DNA from: Desulfobulbus propionicus DSM 2032
Lineage (GTDB): Bacteria; Desulfobacterota; Desulfobulbia; Desulfobulbales; Desulfobulbaceae
Direction of reading: 5' to 3'
Length of the DNA stretch: 32,000 bases
NCBI RefSeq assembly: GCF_000186885.1
Contig: NC_014972.1
Span: 540,001 to 572,000, forward strand
Position numbers and translations under genes: made by a program. The number at the start of each line of letters is the position of its first letter. Within the stretch, counting starts at the first letter, position 1. Under the pieces are notes generated by a model. That model made no database searches, was not told the origin of the DNA, and saw only the letters and a program-made list of their open reading frames with translations. Below, piece by piece: positions 1 through 10,181 of this stretch.

Positions 1-1
1 G

Positions 2-739
2 AAGCTGGTCGAGTTTGCCAAGGCGCACAATATCCCGGTGCCGGTGACCAAGAAAAATCCCTACAGCTCGGACGAGAACCTGCTCCATATCAGCTTTGAG
101 GGTGGCATCCTTGAAGATCCGTGGAACGAGCCGGACGAGGACATGTTCAAGCTGACCGTGAGCCCGGAAAAGGCGCCGGATACGCCCACCTACATCGAAA
201 TTGATTTCGAGCAGGGCACACCGGTGGCCATCGACGGCGAGCGGCTCGGTCCGGTGGCCCTGATGAGCAAACTCAACAGCCTGGGTGGGGCCAACGGCAT
301 CGGCCGGCTCGACATGGTCGAGAACCGTTTTGTCGGCATGAAGTCGCGCGGCGTCTACGAAACCCCCGGCGGCACCATCCTGCGGGCCGCGCACCGCGAT
401 CTGGAAACCATCACCCTAGACCGAGAAGTGCTCAATATTCGCGATAGTTTGGTGCCGCGCTACTCGCAGCTGATCTACAACGGTTTCTGGTTCTCGCCGG
501 AAATGCGCCTCTTGCAGCGGACCATGGATGATGCCCAGACCACGGTCAACGGCACGGTGCGGCTCAAGCTCTACAAGGGCAACTGCATCCCCGTGGGCCG
601 AAAATCAGCCAACTCGCTCTATTCCGAGTCCTTTGCCACCTTTGAGGAAGACGAGGTCTACAACCAGGCGGACGCCACCGGCTTTATCCGCCTCAACGCC
701 CTGCGCCTGCGCATCCAGGCCCACCAACGGATGAAATGA
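2..739 (+). CDS. argG: Argininosuccinate synthase, C-terminal part (gene starts before window)
   Basis: Frame 2 is open from the window edge ([44 protein letters not shown]...), typical ArgG C-terminal half; followed directly by argH with 4-bp overlap. Confidence 0.96.
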   Translation, partial: KLVEFAKAHNIPVPVTKKNPYSSDENLLHISFEGGILEDPWNEPDEDMFKLTVSPEKAPDTPTYIEIDFEQGTPVAIDGERLGPVALMSKLNSLGGANGIGRLDMVENRFVGMKSRGVYETPGGTILRAAHRDLETITLDREVLNIRDSLVPRYSQLIYNGFWFSPEMRLLQRTMDDAQTTVNGTVRLKLYKGNCIPVGRKSANSLYSESFATFEEDEVYNQADATGFIRLNALRLRIQAHQRMK

Positions 740-2142
740 GCGTGGACAGCACAAACCCCGCCGGCAAGATGTGGGGCGGCCGTTTCAGTGAGGCCACTGC
801 CGCCTCGGTTGAGGCCTTTTCCGCCTCGATCCAGTACGATGCCCGCCTCTACCACCATGATATCATGGGCTCCAAGGCGCATGCGCGGATGCTCGCCCGG
901 CAGGGGTTGATCACCGAGGCGGAACGGGATGCCATCCTCCAGGGGTTGACCGAGATCGAGGCCGAAATCGACCGCGGCGAGTTTGTCTTTCGGCCCGAGC
1001 TGGAAGACATTCACATGAATATCGAAAAGGTCCTGACCGAGCGGATCGGTCCGGCCGGGGCCAAACTGCACACCGCCCGCAGCCGCAACGACCAGGTCAA
1101 TCTCGATTTCCGCCTTTACCTGCGCGACGAAGCCGATGCCCTGGACGCGCTGCTGTGCGAGACGCAGCGGGCCTTTGCCCGTCTGGCTCGCAAGTATCTG
1201 GGCGTGGTCATGCCCGGGTACACCCACCTGCAACGGGCCCAACCGGTGCTGCTCTCCCATCATCTGCTCGCCTATGTGGAGATGTTTGGCCGCGACCGCG
1301 ACCGGTTGGCCGGCTGTCGGCAGCGGATCAACATCATGCCGCTCGGTGCCGCGGCCATGGCCGGTACCGGTCTGCCGATCGACCGGGAATCAGTGGCTGC
1401 GGAGCTTGGCTTTACCGCCATCACCGCCAACTCCATGGACACCACCGGTGATCGCGACTTTGCCCTGGAGATGCTGTTCTGTCTCAACCTGATCCAGCTC
1501 CACCTCAGCCGTCTGTCCGAGGAGTTGGTGCTGTGGTCGTCCAAGGAGTTCGAGTTCGTCCAGATCGGTGATCGCTACTGCACCGGCTCGTCGATCATGC
1601 CGCAGAAAAAGAATCCGGATATTCCCGAGTTGATCCGCGGCAAGACCGGCAGGGTCACTGGTGCCCTGATGGCGCTGTTGATGACGGTCAAGGGGTTGCC
1701 CCTGACCTACAACCGCGACCTGCAGGAAGACAAGGAGCAGGTGTTCGACGCCCTGGACACGGTCAAGGCCAGCCTGGCGATCACCGCCGAACTGCTCGAC
1801 CATACCGCCTTCAATGTCGAGCGGTTGCGGGCCGCCACCAGCGGCGGTTTCATGACCGCCACCGATCTCGCCGATTACCTGGTACGGCGCAACATGCCCT
1901 TTCGCGAGGCGCATGGCGTGGTGGGACGGGTCGTTGCCTTCTGCCAGGAGCGAAACTGCGAGCTGGTTGACCTGACCCTTGCGGAATTGCAATCCTTTTC
2001 AGCATTGATCGAGACCGATGTGTACGGGGTCCTGTCCGTTGAGGGGTCGGTGAATAGCCGAGTTTCCGCTGGCGGCACCGGGCGGGCGAGAGTGGAGGAG
2101 GCCCTGTCGCGAGTGGAACAACTCCTGGGAATGACGATATGA
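736..2142 (+). CDS. argH: Argininosuccinate lyase
   Basis: 468 aa, [10 protein letters not shown]-terminus and [12 protein letters not shown] fumarase/ASL signature. Confidence 0.98.
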   Translation: MSVDSTNPAGKMWGGRFSEATAASVEAFSASIQYDARLYHHDIMGSKAHARMLARQGLITEAERDAILQGLTEIEAEIDRGEFVFRPELEDIHMNIEKVLTERIGPAGAKLHTARSRNDQVNLDFRLYLRDEADALDALLCETQRAFARLARKYLGVVMPGYTHLQRAQPVLLSHHLLAYVEMFGRDRDRLAGCRQRINIMPLGAAAMAGTGLPIDRESVAAELGFTAITANSMDTTGDRDFALEMLFCLNLIQLHLSRLSEELVLWSSKEFEFVQIGDRYCTGSSIMPQKKNPDIPELIRGKTGRVTGALMALLMTVKGLPLTYNRDLQEDKEQVFDALDTVKASLAITAELLDHTAFNVERLRAATSGGFMTATDLADYLVRRNMPFREAHGVVGRVVAFCQERNCELVDLTLAELQSFSALIETDVYGVLSVEGSVNSRVSAGGTGRARVEEALSRVEQLLGMTI

Positions 2143-3191
2143 AAAAGGGCGGCGGCCGGTTCGGGAAAGCAACCTGTTTGTTGGCAATGCTGGCCCTGTG
2201 GTTCCCTTTGGGATGCGGTGTCAAGAACAACCCGGTTCCGCCGCAGCATGTGGTGCCCAACCCGGTCCTCGATCTCAAGGCTGAGGTGACGGATCAGGGC
2301 GCCGTGCTGTCATGGAGTTATCCCCGGGAAACGGTTACCGGTGAGGCGGTGGAGGAAATCGAGGGCTTTGCGCTCTGCCGGGCCGAAATCCCGGTGGATA
2401 GCTACTGTAAAACCTGCCCCATTCCCTACAGCGCCGTGATCGAGGTGCCCGGCGGCCTGCTCGCTGATGGCGGCAAAACCGCAAGCTATGAGGCAAAGGA
2501 TCTGCGGCCTGGTAACCTCTACTTTTTCAAGGTGCGCAGTCAGAGCGGCTGGTGGCGGGAATCCAAGGACTCCAACGAGGTTTCCTTCCTCTGGCAAACC
2601 CCGCCCCTGGCACCCGAGGGCCTGACCGCAACTGCTGGGGATGGCAGAAACAGTCTCCAATGGCAGGCGGTCACCCGGCTGCGCGATGGGGCCTCGCTCA
2701 CCGTACCGGTGCGCTACCAACTCTATCGCGGTGTTGACAACGGTTCCATGGCCCAACTCGGTGGCCCCCTTGCGGCCACCGCCTACACCGATAGCGAGGT
2801 GGAAAACGGCCGAACGTACACTTACCAGGTTCAGGCGGCCAACACCTATGCCCACGGCACGGTACATAGCGCCTTGAGCGCCACCGTCCAGGCCAAGCCG
2901 CTTGATCGGACCCCTCCGCCCGTACCCGCTGGCGTGGAAGGAATCAGGACCGAAGTGGGCGTGAAACTGTATTGGGATCAAATCGAATTTGACGATTTGG
3001 CCGGGTATCGAATCTACCGTCGTGCCCCGGGTGGAGAGATCGTGCGTGTTGGTGAGGTATTCCTGCCGTACACCATGTTCATCGATAGCAAGGCGCCTGG
3101 CGGTACCCTGTTGTATTCGGTCTCCGCCATCGACAGGCGCAATCCGGCCAACGAAAGCGCCCGATCCGAGGAAATCGTGATCGAACCGTAA
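2139..3191 (+). CDS. Lipoprotein with fibronectin type III-like repeats
   Basis: 350 aa; lipobox-like LWFPLGCGVKNNPVPPQ; repeated Fn3-like patterns (PVPNPVLDLKAEVTDQGAVLSWSYP; APEGLTATAGDGRNSLQWQAV; PPVPAGVEGIRTEVGVKLYWDQ). Confidence 0.8.
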   Translation: MKKGGGRFGKATCLLAMLALWFPLGCGVKNNPVPPQHVVPNPVLDLKAEVTDQGAVLSWSYPRETVTGEAVEEIEGFALCRAEIPVDSYCKTCPIPYSAVIEVPGGLLADGGKTASYEAKDLRPGNLYFFKVRSQSGWWRESKDSNEVSFLWQTPPLAPEGLTATAGDGRNSLQWQAVTRLRDGASLTVPVRYQLYRGVDNGSMAQLGGPLAATAYTDSEVENGRTYTYQVQAANTYAHGTVHSALSATVQAKPLDRTPPPVPAGVEGIRTEVGVKLYWDQIEFDDLAGYRIYRRAPGGEIVRVGEVFLPYTMFIDSKAPGGTLLYSVSAIDRRNPANESARSEEIVIEP

Positions 3192-3212
3192 GCGCGACGA
3201 GAGGCGCCGAGC

Positions 3213-4052
3213 ATGAACAGCATCACCCTGCCAATCCCTTTCTGGAAAATGAGTGGAGCCGGGAACGATTTCATCATCATTGACCATCGCAAACCACTGA
3301 TACCCCAGGAGCGGATGGCGGAATTTGCTCGACTGGTCTGCCGGCGCAAATTTTCCGTCGGCGCCGATGGACTGTTTTTGATCGAGCCCTCGACACGTGC
3401 CGATTTTAAATGGCGGTTTTTCAATGCCGACGGTTCCGAGGCGGAAATGTGCGGCAACGGCGCCCGTTGCGTGGCCCGTTTTGCCTACATGCACGGAATT
3501 GCCGCTGCCCGGATGCGTTTTGAAACCCTGGCCGGGATCGTTGAGGCCACAGTGGCCGATACCACCGCCACCATCAAGATGACGTCGCCCCATTCCTTTC
3601 GTTTTGATCGCCAGATCGAGGTGGGTGGGCAGTTGTTCATGGTCCACAGCGTCGACACCGGCGTGCCGCATGCGGTCATCTTTGTCGATGATATTGACGA
3701 GGTCGATATGGTGGGACTGGGTCGTCAACTTCGCCATCACCCGGTTTTTGCCCCGATGGGAACCAATGTTAATTTCGTCGGCAGGACGGGGGACGGTTTC
3801 CGTATCCGAACCTACGAGCGCGGCGTCGAGGACGAAACCATGGCCTGCGGCACCGGGGTGGTGGCCGGGGCGCTGATTGCCGCTGTCAAGGGCTATGCCG
3901 ATTCACCGGTGGCAATGGTCACCTCAGGGGGGATTGCCCTGACCGTGCAGTTTTCCGGCAAGAAGGGAACGGATGTCGACCAAGTCCTGCTCAAGGGGCC
4001 GGCCCATCTCATCTACCGAGGTGAACTGACCTCTGAGTCGCTGATTGCATAG
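3213..4052 (+). CDS. dapF: Diaminopimelate epimerase
   Basis: 279 aa; FWKMSGAGNDFIIID, EMCGNGARC and ETMACGTGVVA active-site motifs. Confidence 0.97.
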   Translation: MNSITLPIPFWKMSGAGNDFIIIDHRKPLIPQERMAEFARLVCRRKFSVGADGLFLIEPSTRADFKWRFFNADGSEAEMCGNGARCVARFAYMHGIAAARMRFETLAGIVEATVADTTATIKMTSPHSFRFDRQIEVGGQLFMVHSVDTGVPHAVIFVDDIDEVDMVGLGRQLRHHPVFAPMGTNVNFVGRTGDGFRIRTYERGVEDETMACGTGVVAGALIAAVKGYADSPVAMVTSGGIALTVQFSGKKGTDVDQVLLKGPAHLIYRGELTSESLIA

Positions 4053-4145
4053 CCGGCGTGTACGCATCCCTGGTCTGCCCCAAGGAGAATGACGAGACGG
4101 GTATTCGGCCGGAAAAAGCAAGAGAAGGAAGAAAAGGAGAAAAGG

Positions 4146-5027
4146 ATGAAACGATTTGAGGGAGCGATCACCGCACTCGTGACTCCCATGCGCAATGGCA
4201 GTATTGATGAGCAGAGCCTGATTGATCTGATCGAGTTTCAGATTGAAGGCGGCATTCATGGGATTGTCCCCTGCGGCACGACCGGCGAGTCGGCGACCCT
4301 GAGTTTTGACGAGCATAAACGGGTGATCGAACTGACCGTTAAAACCGTTCGGGGCAGGGTGCCAGTCATTGCCGGAACCGGGGCCAACAACACCCTGGAA
4401 GCCATCGAGTTGACCGAATCGGCGAAAAACAGTGGTGCCGATGCGGTGCTCTCAGTGGTGCCCTATTACAACAAGCCCAGCCAGGAAGGGTTGTATCGGC
4501 ATTTCACAACCATCCTTGAGGCGGTTGACATCCCCATGGTGCTGTACAATGTGCCCGGGCGGACGGTGACCAACATGCTGCCCGCCACGGTGGCCCGGCT
4601 GGCCACCCACCCCAATGTGATCGGCATCAAGGAGGCCAGCGGTAATCTCAGCCAGATCAGCGAACTACTGCAAGGATGTCCCAAGGATTTCATCGTGCTG
4701 TCCGGCGACGATTTCACCGCCATGCCCACGGTGCTGATCGGTGGCCGAGGGGTGATCTCGGTCGTCTCCAACCTGCAGCCGGCCAAGATGGCGGCCATGA
4801 TGGCGGCCGCGCTCGGTGGCAACGTGACCGAGGCCAAGGAACTGCACTATGAACTCTTCTCCTTGATGGGGGCCATGTTCTGCTACCCAAGCCCGGCGCC
4901 GGCGAAAAAGGGCCTGGAGTTGATGGGCAGGATTGCTTCCAGCGAGGTACGATTGCCCATGACCGAGATCGATGCAACCGGTTTGGAGCGGTTGAAGCAA
5001 GATATGAGGGCCTGCGGCCTGCTGTAA
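4146..5027 (+). CDS. dapA: 4-hydroxy-tetrahydrodipicolinate synthase; start at ATG 4146 preferred over the ORF start at 4089
   Basis: MKRFEGAITALVTPMRNGSID... GTTGESATLS, YNVPGRT and GIKEASG motifs; AAGGA-like RBS just before 4146. Confidence 0.97.
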   Translation: MKRFEGAITALVTPMRNGSIDEQSLIDLIEFQIEGGIHGIVPCGTTGESATLSFDEHKRVIELTVKTVRGRVPVIAGTGANNTLEAIELTESAKNSGADAVLSVVPYYNKPSQEGLYRHFTTILEAVDIPMVLYNVPGRTVTNMLPATVARLATHPNVIGIKEASGNLSQISELLQGCPKDFIVLSGDDFTAMPTVLIGGRGVISVVSNLQPAKMAAMMAAALGGNVTEAKELHYELFSLMGAMFCYPSPAPAKKGLELMGRIASSEVRLPMTEIDATGLERLKQDMRACGLL

Positions 5028-5063
5028 GGCAGGAATTGACGGAACGAACGGACAGGAGAGGCG

Positions 5064-5876
5064 ATGATCAGGGTTATCGTGGCCGGTGCGGCCGGACGGA
5101 TGGGACAGCGCATTATTCACATGGTGCAGGCGCACCCGCAGTTGCGGCTCAGCGGCGCCTTTGAACGGCCGGGCAGTCCGGCCATCGGCAAGGATGCGGG
5201 GGCCATCAGCGGGCTGGGCGAAACCGGGGTACGGATCACTGAAGGGCTGGAATCGGTCATCGATCAGGCCGACGTGCTCGTCGATTTCACCTTTCACGAG
5301 GCGAGCGTGCAGTTTGCCCGCCAAGCCGCTGAACACGGTACCGCCATGGTTATCGGCACCACCGGCCTTGGGCCGGAGGAACTGGCTGCCATCGGCACGC
5401 TGGCCAAAGACCATTTTCCCTGCGTGCAGTCGCCGAATATGGCTGTAGGCGTCAATGTCCTCTTCAAGTTGGTGGAAAAGACAGCCGCCATCCTCGGCGA
5501 TGCCTACGACGTGGAGATCGTCGAGGCCCATCATCGGATGAAAAAAGACGCACCTTCGGGCACGGCCCTGAAATTGGGGCAAATGGCGGCGACCGCGCTT
5601 GGCCGTGATCTGGCCGAGGTCGGCGTCATGGAACGTCACGGTATCATCGGCGAGCGAACTGACCGTGAAATCGGTATCCAGGCCATCCGCGGGGGCGATA
5701 TCGTCGGTGAACACACCGTCTATTTTGCCGGGGCGGGCGAGCGATTGGAGATCACCCACCGGGCGACCAGCAGGGATAATTTTGCCCGTGGCGCGGCTCT
5801 CGCCGCCGCCTGGGTGGTCGATAAACCCAAGGGCATGTACACCATGTTCGACGTACTTGATTTGGCCAATTTTTAA
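5064..5876 (+). CDS. dapB: 4-hydroxy-tetrahydrodipicolinate reductase
   Basis: 270 aa; VAGAAGRMGQRI nucleotide-binding motif, EIVEAHHRMKKDAPSGTA motif. Confidence 0.97.
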   Translation: MIRVIVAGAAGRMGQRIIHMVQAHPQLRLSGAFERPGSPAIGKDAGAISGLGETGVRITEGLESVIDQADVLVDFTFHEASVQFARQAAEHGTAMVIGTTGLGPEELAAIGTLAKDHFPCVQSPNMAVGVNVLFKLVEKTAAILGDAYDVEIVEAHHRMKKDAPSGTALKLGQMAATALGRDLAEVGVMERHGIIGERTDREIGIQAIRGGDIVGEHTVYFAGAGERLEITHRATSRDNFARGAALAAAWVVDKPKGMYTMFDVLDLANF

Positions 5877-5919
5877 CGGCCTATCGCCGGCCCGTTTGGT
5901 GTCGTGCGGTCCCTAGCCG

Positions 5920-6480
5920 ATGTCTTCCAGGGAAGTTATGGCGCATGAGGCGGTCATTGGCATGGGATCAAATATGGGAAAATCGCGGCAGATTCTGCAT
6001 GCGGCTTGGCTGGCGCTGCACGAGCATCCCGATATCGCTCCTCTTGTGCTTTCTTCGCCCTATCGCAGTCAGCCGGTGGGGATGGACAGCAACCGCTGGT
6101 TTATCAACGCGGTGGCCTTGGTCCACAGCCGGTTGTCACCGTTTAATCTGCTCCAGGTGCTACAAGCAATCGAGAACCGTCACGGGCGCCGGCGCAGTCC
6201 TCAGGCCAGCGGTTATCAGGACCGGACACTTGATCTTGACCTCCTGTTGTACGATGATCGCATCCTGCGCACCCCGCATCTGGTGCTGCCCCATCCACGG
6301 CTGACGCAACGGCGTTTTGTCCTGGAACCGTTATGCGAAATAGCAGCTGATCGAATCCACCCTATCAGCAGAATCCCTCTGAGATCGTTGCTCCTTGACG
6401 GTGAAAAAGAACTTTTCCATCAACATGTTGAGAAAGTGTCATGGGGTATTGCCGGTGGTGGGCCTAGTTCCAGGGAGTGA
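5920..6480 (+). CDS. folK: 2-amino-4-hydroxy-6-hydroxymethyldihydropteridine diphosphokinase; real start may be 5938
   Basis: IGMGSNMG...YRSQPVGM...FINAVALVHS...RRSPQASGYQDRTLDLDLLLYDD...LPHPRLTQRRFVLEPL HPPK motifs. Confidence 0.93.
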   Translation: MSSREVMAHEAVIGMGSNMGKSRQILHAAWLALHEHPDIAPLVLSSPYRSQPVGMDSNRWFINAVALVHSRLSPFNLLQVLQAIENRHGRRRSPQASGYQDRTLDLDLLLYDDRILRTPHLVLPHPRLTQRRFVLEPLCEIAADRIHPISRIPLRSLLLDGEKELFHQHVEKVSWGIAGGGPSSRE

Positions 6481-6595
6481 CAAAAAAAGTCACCTGGCGG
6501 GGCAAATCAATTAGACATTTCGCCGGTCGCAGCTATAATGGACCCATGCTGGATACGGTTATGGCGAAACATTCCAAGGCGAAATCGGTGGATAC

Positions 6596-6862
6596 ATGAC
6601 CCCCTTGCGCCTGGTGTTCCTGATCGCTCTTGGCTATATCGGCTGGCGCATGTTGCGAGGCGGTTGGGGGGCAAAACGATCCACAAACGCTCACATGGCT
6701 ACTTCTGATCCCCAGGACGTACTGGTCGAAGATCCGGTCTGTCATGTCCTGATTCCAAAACACCAGGCCCTGCGTCTGCGCAGGGATGGGAAAACCTATT
6801 ATTTCTGCAGCGAACAGTGCTGTGATCAATTTGCCGGGCAAACGGAGCAAGGAGAATCATGA
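6596..6862 (+). CDS. Small membrane-anchored YHS-domain-like protein
   Basis: N-terminal hydrophobic segment, then [35 protein letters not shown], a YHS/TRASH-like metal-binding Cys pattern; stop overlaps the next ATG. Confidence 0.7.
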   Translation: MTPLRLVFLIALGYIGWRMLRGGWGAKRSTNAHMATSDPQDVLVEDPVCHVLIPKHQALRLRRDGKTYYFCSEQCCDQFAGQTEQGES

Positions 6863-7503
6863 AATTTTTTATCGATACCGCCAACATCGAAGAAATCAAA
6901 AAAGGCCTGGCCTTGGGCATGGTCGATGGTGTGACCACCAACCCCTCGTTGGTGGCCAAGGAACCCCGGCCCTTTCTTGAGATCCTCAAGGACATTTGTC
7001 AACTGGTCGAAGGGCCGGTCAGCGCCGAGGTCATCAGCGTGGAGGCGGACGGCATGGTGGCCGAGGCACGTGAGTTGGTGAAGATCGCGGATAATATCGT
7101 GATCAAGATCCCGATGATTGAAGAAGGGCTCAAGGCGGTGAAACGATTGACGGCCGAGGGTATCAAAACCAATGTCACCCTGATCTTTTCGGCCTCTCAG
7201 GCCCTGCTTGCGGCCAAGGCCGGCGCCACCTACGTCAGTCCCTTTGTCGGCCGTCTCGACGACATTTCGGTAAACGGTCTTGATCTGATTGCCGATATAA
7301 TGACTATACTGCGCAATTACGGCTTCGCCACCGAGGTCATCGTTGCGTCGGTCCGCAGTCCGATGCATGTGGTCGAGTCAGCCTTGCTCGGGGCGGATAT
7401 CGCCACCATCCCCTACAAGGTCATTGCCCAGCTGGCGAAACACCCGTTGACCGACATCGGCATGCAGCAATTCCTCGCCGATTGGGAAAAACGTAAAAAA
7501 TAA
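6859..7503 (+). CDS. tal: Transaldolase / fructose-6-phosphate aldolase-like (small transaldolase family)
   Basis: 214 aa; [16 protein letters not shown]...[10 protein letters not shown]...IKIPMI...[33 protein letters not shown]. Confidence 0.95.
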   Translation: MKFFIDTANIEEIKKGLALGMVDGVTTNPSLVAKEPRPFLEILKDICQLVEGPVSAEVISVEADGMVAEARELVKIADNIVIKIPMIEEGLKAVKRLTAEGIKTNVTLIFSASQALLAAKAGATYVSPFVGRLDDISVNGLDLIADIMTILRNYGFATEVIVASVRSPMHVVESALLGADIATIPYKVIAQLAKHPLTDIGMQQFLADWEKRKK

Positions 7504-7515
7504 ACAAGGTACCGT

Positions 7516-8247
7516 ATGCTCTCCCGCCTTCGTCTGACAGTATTTCTCCTTTTGGTGATTTCACTGCCGGTTTCGGCAGGGGCGGCGATGTACGCCTATG
7601 TCGATGCCCGGGGTATTTGCCATTACACCAATGTACCGGGGAGCGGGCGATACAAACTGAGTAATAAACCGCCCAGACGATTGGGTTCGCCGGAAGATCA
7701 ACTCGTTCGGGTCATCACTCGACGTTCGACCAGCGGATTGGCTCGGGCCAATGTGCCGAACAGGGGGGATTATCGCGGCAACTACTTTGGGTACCGCACC
7801 GCGCCGCAGACCTTGAATCGCTATATTCAGATGGCGGCCATGAACCATCAGGTCGATCCTCTGCTGATCAAAGCGGTGATCAAGGCGGAGTCCAATTTCG
7901 ATCCCAACGCGATCTCTCCCAAGGGCGCGCAAGGTTTGATGCAGCTCATGCCCGGCACGGCCAAGGATCTACGGGTGCATGATCCGTTTGATCCGTTGCA
8001 GAATATTAACGGCGGCACGAAATATCTGAGGTATCTGCTTGACAATTTTAATGGGAATGTGGAATTAAGTCTGGCTGCATACAACGCAGGTCCGGCGAAT
8101 GTAGCTCCATACGGGGTTATTCCCAGTATCCCCGAAACCCAAAACTACGTCGCCAAGGTGATGGAAACTTATCGTTCCTACCGCAACGGCGGCCGGACAT
8201 CGCTTCCCTCAAATATCAATGTCCGGCAAATGGTAACCGTCAATTGA
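7516..8247 (+). CDS. Lytic transglycosylase, SLT domain with N-terminal DUF4124-like segment
   Basis: [20 protein letters not shown]-terminal motif; [37 protein letters not shown] catalytic region. Confidence 0.92.
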   Translation: MLSRLRLTVFLLLVISLPVSAGAAMYAYVDARGICHYTNVPGSGRYKLSNKPPRRLGSPEDQLVRVITRRSTSGLARANVPNRGDYRGNYFGYRTAPQTLNRYIQMAAMNHQVDPLLIKAVIKAESNFDPNAISPKGAQGLMQLMPGTAKDLRVHDPFDPLQNINGGTKYLRYLLDNFNGNVELSLAAYNAGPANVAPYGVIPSIPETQNYVAKVMETYRSYRNGGRTSLPSNINVRQMVTVN

Positions 8248-8816
8248 ATCGCAGTGCCAAAATTCTCAATCTTCCCAATCTGATCACAGGCAGCCGGTTT
8301 GTTCTTTCCGGCTGCCTGATGTTGCTTTTGCTCCTCGAACAGACACCATCCACGGCCTTGACCGCGTGGCTGGTCTTCACCATCGCCGCCGGTTCCGACT
8401 GGATTGACGGTTATTTTGCCCGAAAATACAAGACGGTCACCGTCTTGGGGCAATTGATGGACCCGTTGGCGGACAAGGTGCTGGTCACCACGGCCTTGGT
8501 CATGCTCATTCCTTCCGGCAAACTCCCCGCGTGGGTGGCGCTGATCATCCTTTGTCGCGAAATTGTGGTCACCGGCCTGCGTGGTGTCGCTTCTTCCAGC
8601 GGCGTGGTGGTGGCGGCCAGCGGTCTTGGGAAATGGAAATCCACCATCCAGTATATCGGTTTGGGAACACTCATTTTCCCTCTTGGCGTCTTGCCTATCC
8701 CCTCCCTCCACCAAATTGGTCTTGCCATTTTGTATGTGGCGTTAGTGCTCACCGTTTGGTCGGGAATCGATTATTTTTACAAGCTCCGGCGGATTTTTCT
8801 TGAGGAAGAGCGGTAG
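8244..8816 (+). CDS. pgsA: CDP-diacylglycerol--glycerol-3-phosphate 3-phosphatidyltransferase
   Basis: [11 protein letters not shown]; [33 protein letters not shown]-alcohol phosphatidyltransferase motif; ATGA overlap with previous gene. Confidence 0.94.
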   Translation: MNRSAKILNLPNLITGSRFVLSGCLMLLLLLEQTPSTALTAWLVFTIAAGSDWIDGYFARKYKTVTVLGQLMDPLADKVLVTTALVMLIPSGKLPAWVALIILCREIVVTGLRGVASSSGVVVAASGLGKWKSTIQYIGLGTLIFPLGVLPIPSLHQIGLAILYVALVLTVWSGIDYFYKLRRIFLEEER

Positions 8817-9047
8817 CGATTCGGCGAAAGTGTCGGTGTGTGTGGAGCGCTTCCTGGCTCAATATGGATCTGGATTTCTTCCTCGCAACATTGCCAGCCA
8901 AGATGAGCCGCAATCACTGAAGTTGTTGTGGAAAATTTTAGACCGCCGCTACTTTATCGACCAAAGCCGATTACAGTGCTACTTGTCGCATCCGCTGCGT
9001 AGTCACAGGCAAACTCACTTTACTGGACATTTCTGCTTGAACTATAT

Positions 9048-10181
9048 TTAACGAGTCATCTCAGCAAATAAATTTGCGTACGCTTTCCCCAAGGCGGGTC
9101 CTGAGAAAAATTTTTCATACCGGGCACGGGCACCGTTCCCCAATTTTTTGGCAAAAAGTGTTTCCTGCAACAGACAATTCATTGCCTGTGCCAATTCGAA
9201 CGGATGCTCAGGGGGCACGACTAGCCCAGATTCCGCGTGCTTGTTGACGAGGGACGTACCGGTACCGATTTCACAGGAGATCATTGGGCGTGCGAACATG
9301 GCGGCCTCGACCAAGGTCATGCCAAAGGCTTCAGCGCGAAGATGAGAGGGCTGGACAACAGCACGGCAATGCCGAAGAAGAGCAATTTTTTCGGTATTGG
9401 TTACTCGACCAGCGAAAATCACGTTGTTCACAGCGGCATCTTTGACCAAATTTTCAAGGCGTTCCTGTTCAGGTCCCGTTCCGGCGATTACCACTTTCCC
9501 ATTTACATCTTTTGCGGCACGGATCAATGAGTGGAGGCCCTTGTAATACCGCAGCACGCCGACGAATAAAAAATAGGGGTCTGTTGCATGTAACTGCAGA
9601 CGAACAAAGACGCTATCGTCACTGCTCGTAGGATAAGAATGCTCATCAATACCCAGTGGAATGATGCGTACTTTATGGCGCAGGGTAGGAAGAGACAGAA
9701 TTGGGCTGGTTTGTGCGTATGTCGTTGAAGTGGCAACGATGGCGGCCATCGAGTGCAATGTATGCACCATGATCGGTTTATATGTCATTCCAAGAAGACG
9801 TTGACGGACGATATCTGAGTGATAGACCATCACTGAGGGTTTGCCGCAGCTGCCTAAGGCATGTAGGATATCCGCATACGGCCAAGGGAAATGATACACA
9901 AGAATATCAGACTGGCGTACCAGTGTCCTGAATGTCCTGCAGGAATCAAGTCCTCCTAGATCGCAAGACGCAGGAGCCAGCCAAGATCGACAGCGTACGA
10001 CGCTGCCCTCTGGTCGTTCTAGACGTGACGGTTCTGGGTGTGGGCTGAGCGTAAAAATAGTAGAATCGACTCCCTGAGCTTGGGTGGCCAACGCAATCTG
10101 GCGAATCGCTTCCTGTAAGCCACCAGGGGGATCAGGAAAATAGGTCCGATACACATGAAGTGCCCTGAGTCTGTTAGTCAC
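9048..10181 (-). CDS. GT4-type glycosyltransferase
   Basis: 377 aa; HVYRTYFPDPPGGLQEAI, FLFVGVLRYYKGLHSLI, PSHLRAEAFGMTLVEAAMFARPMISCEIGTG (E-x7-E region). Confidence 0.9.
   Translation of the reverse strand: MTNRLRALHVYRTYFPDPPGGLQEAIRQIALATQAQGVDSTIFTLSPHPEPSRLERPEGSVVRCRSWLAPASCDLGGLDSCRTFRTLVRQSDILVYHFPWPYADILHALGSCGKPSVMVYHSDIVRQRLLGMTYKPIMVHTLHSMAAIVATSTTYAQTSPILSLPTLRHKVRIIPLGIDEHSYPTSSDDSVFVRLQLHATDPYFLFVGVLRYYKGLHSLIRAAKDVNGKVVIAGTGPEQERLENLVKDAAVNNVIFAGRVTNTEKIALLRHCRAVVQPSHLRAEAFGMTLVEAAMFARPMISCEIGTGTSLVNKHAESGLVVPPEHPFELAQAMNCLLQETLFAKKLGNGARARYEKFFSGPALGKAYANLFAEMTR

Noticed and set aside
658-2278. Antisense ORFs opposite argG/argH (201 aa, 200 aa and others)
   Set aside because: High-GC shadow ORFs with low-complexity translations; the sense strand has clear conserved enzymes.
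2310-3740. 476-aa minus-strand ORF opposite the lipoprotein and dapF
   Set aside because: Entirely overlaps dapF and the Fn3 lipoprotein; translation has no recognisable domain and looks like complement of coding sequence.
4665-5759. 364-aa minus-strand ORF opposite dapA/dapB
   Set aside because: Shadow of two highly conserved sense genes.
6476-6492. Possible terminator after folK (GTGAC-AAAAAAA-GTCAC)
   Set aside because: The stem is only 5 bp and no U-tract follows; too weak to call.
8800-9051. 83-aa ORF in the gap between convergent pgsA and the glycosyltransferase
   Set aside because: No recognisable motif, no clear ribosome-binding site and it overlaps the pgsA end; more likely noncoding spacer.
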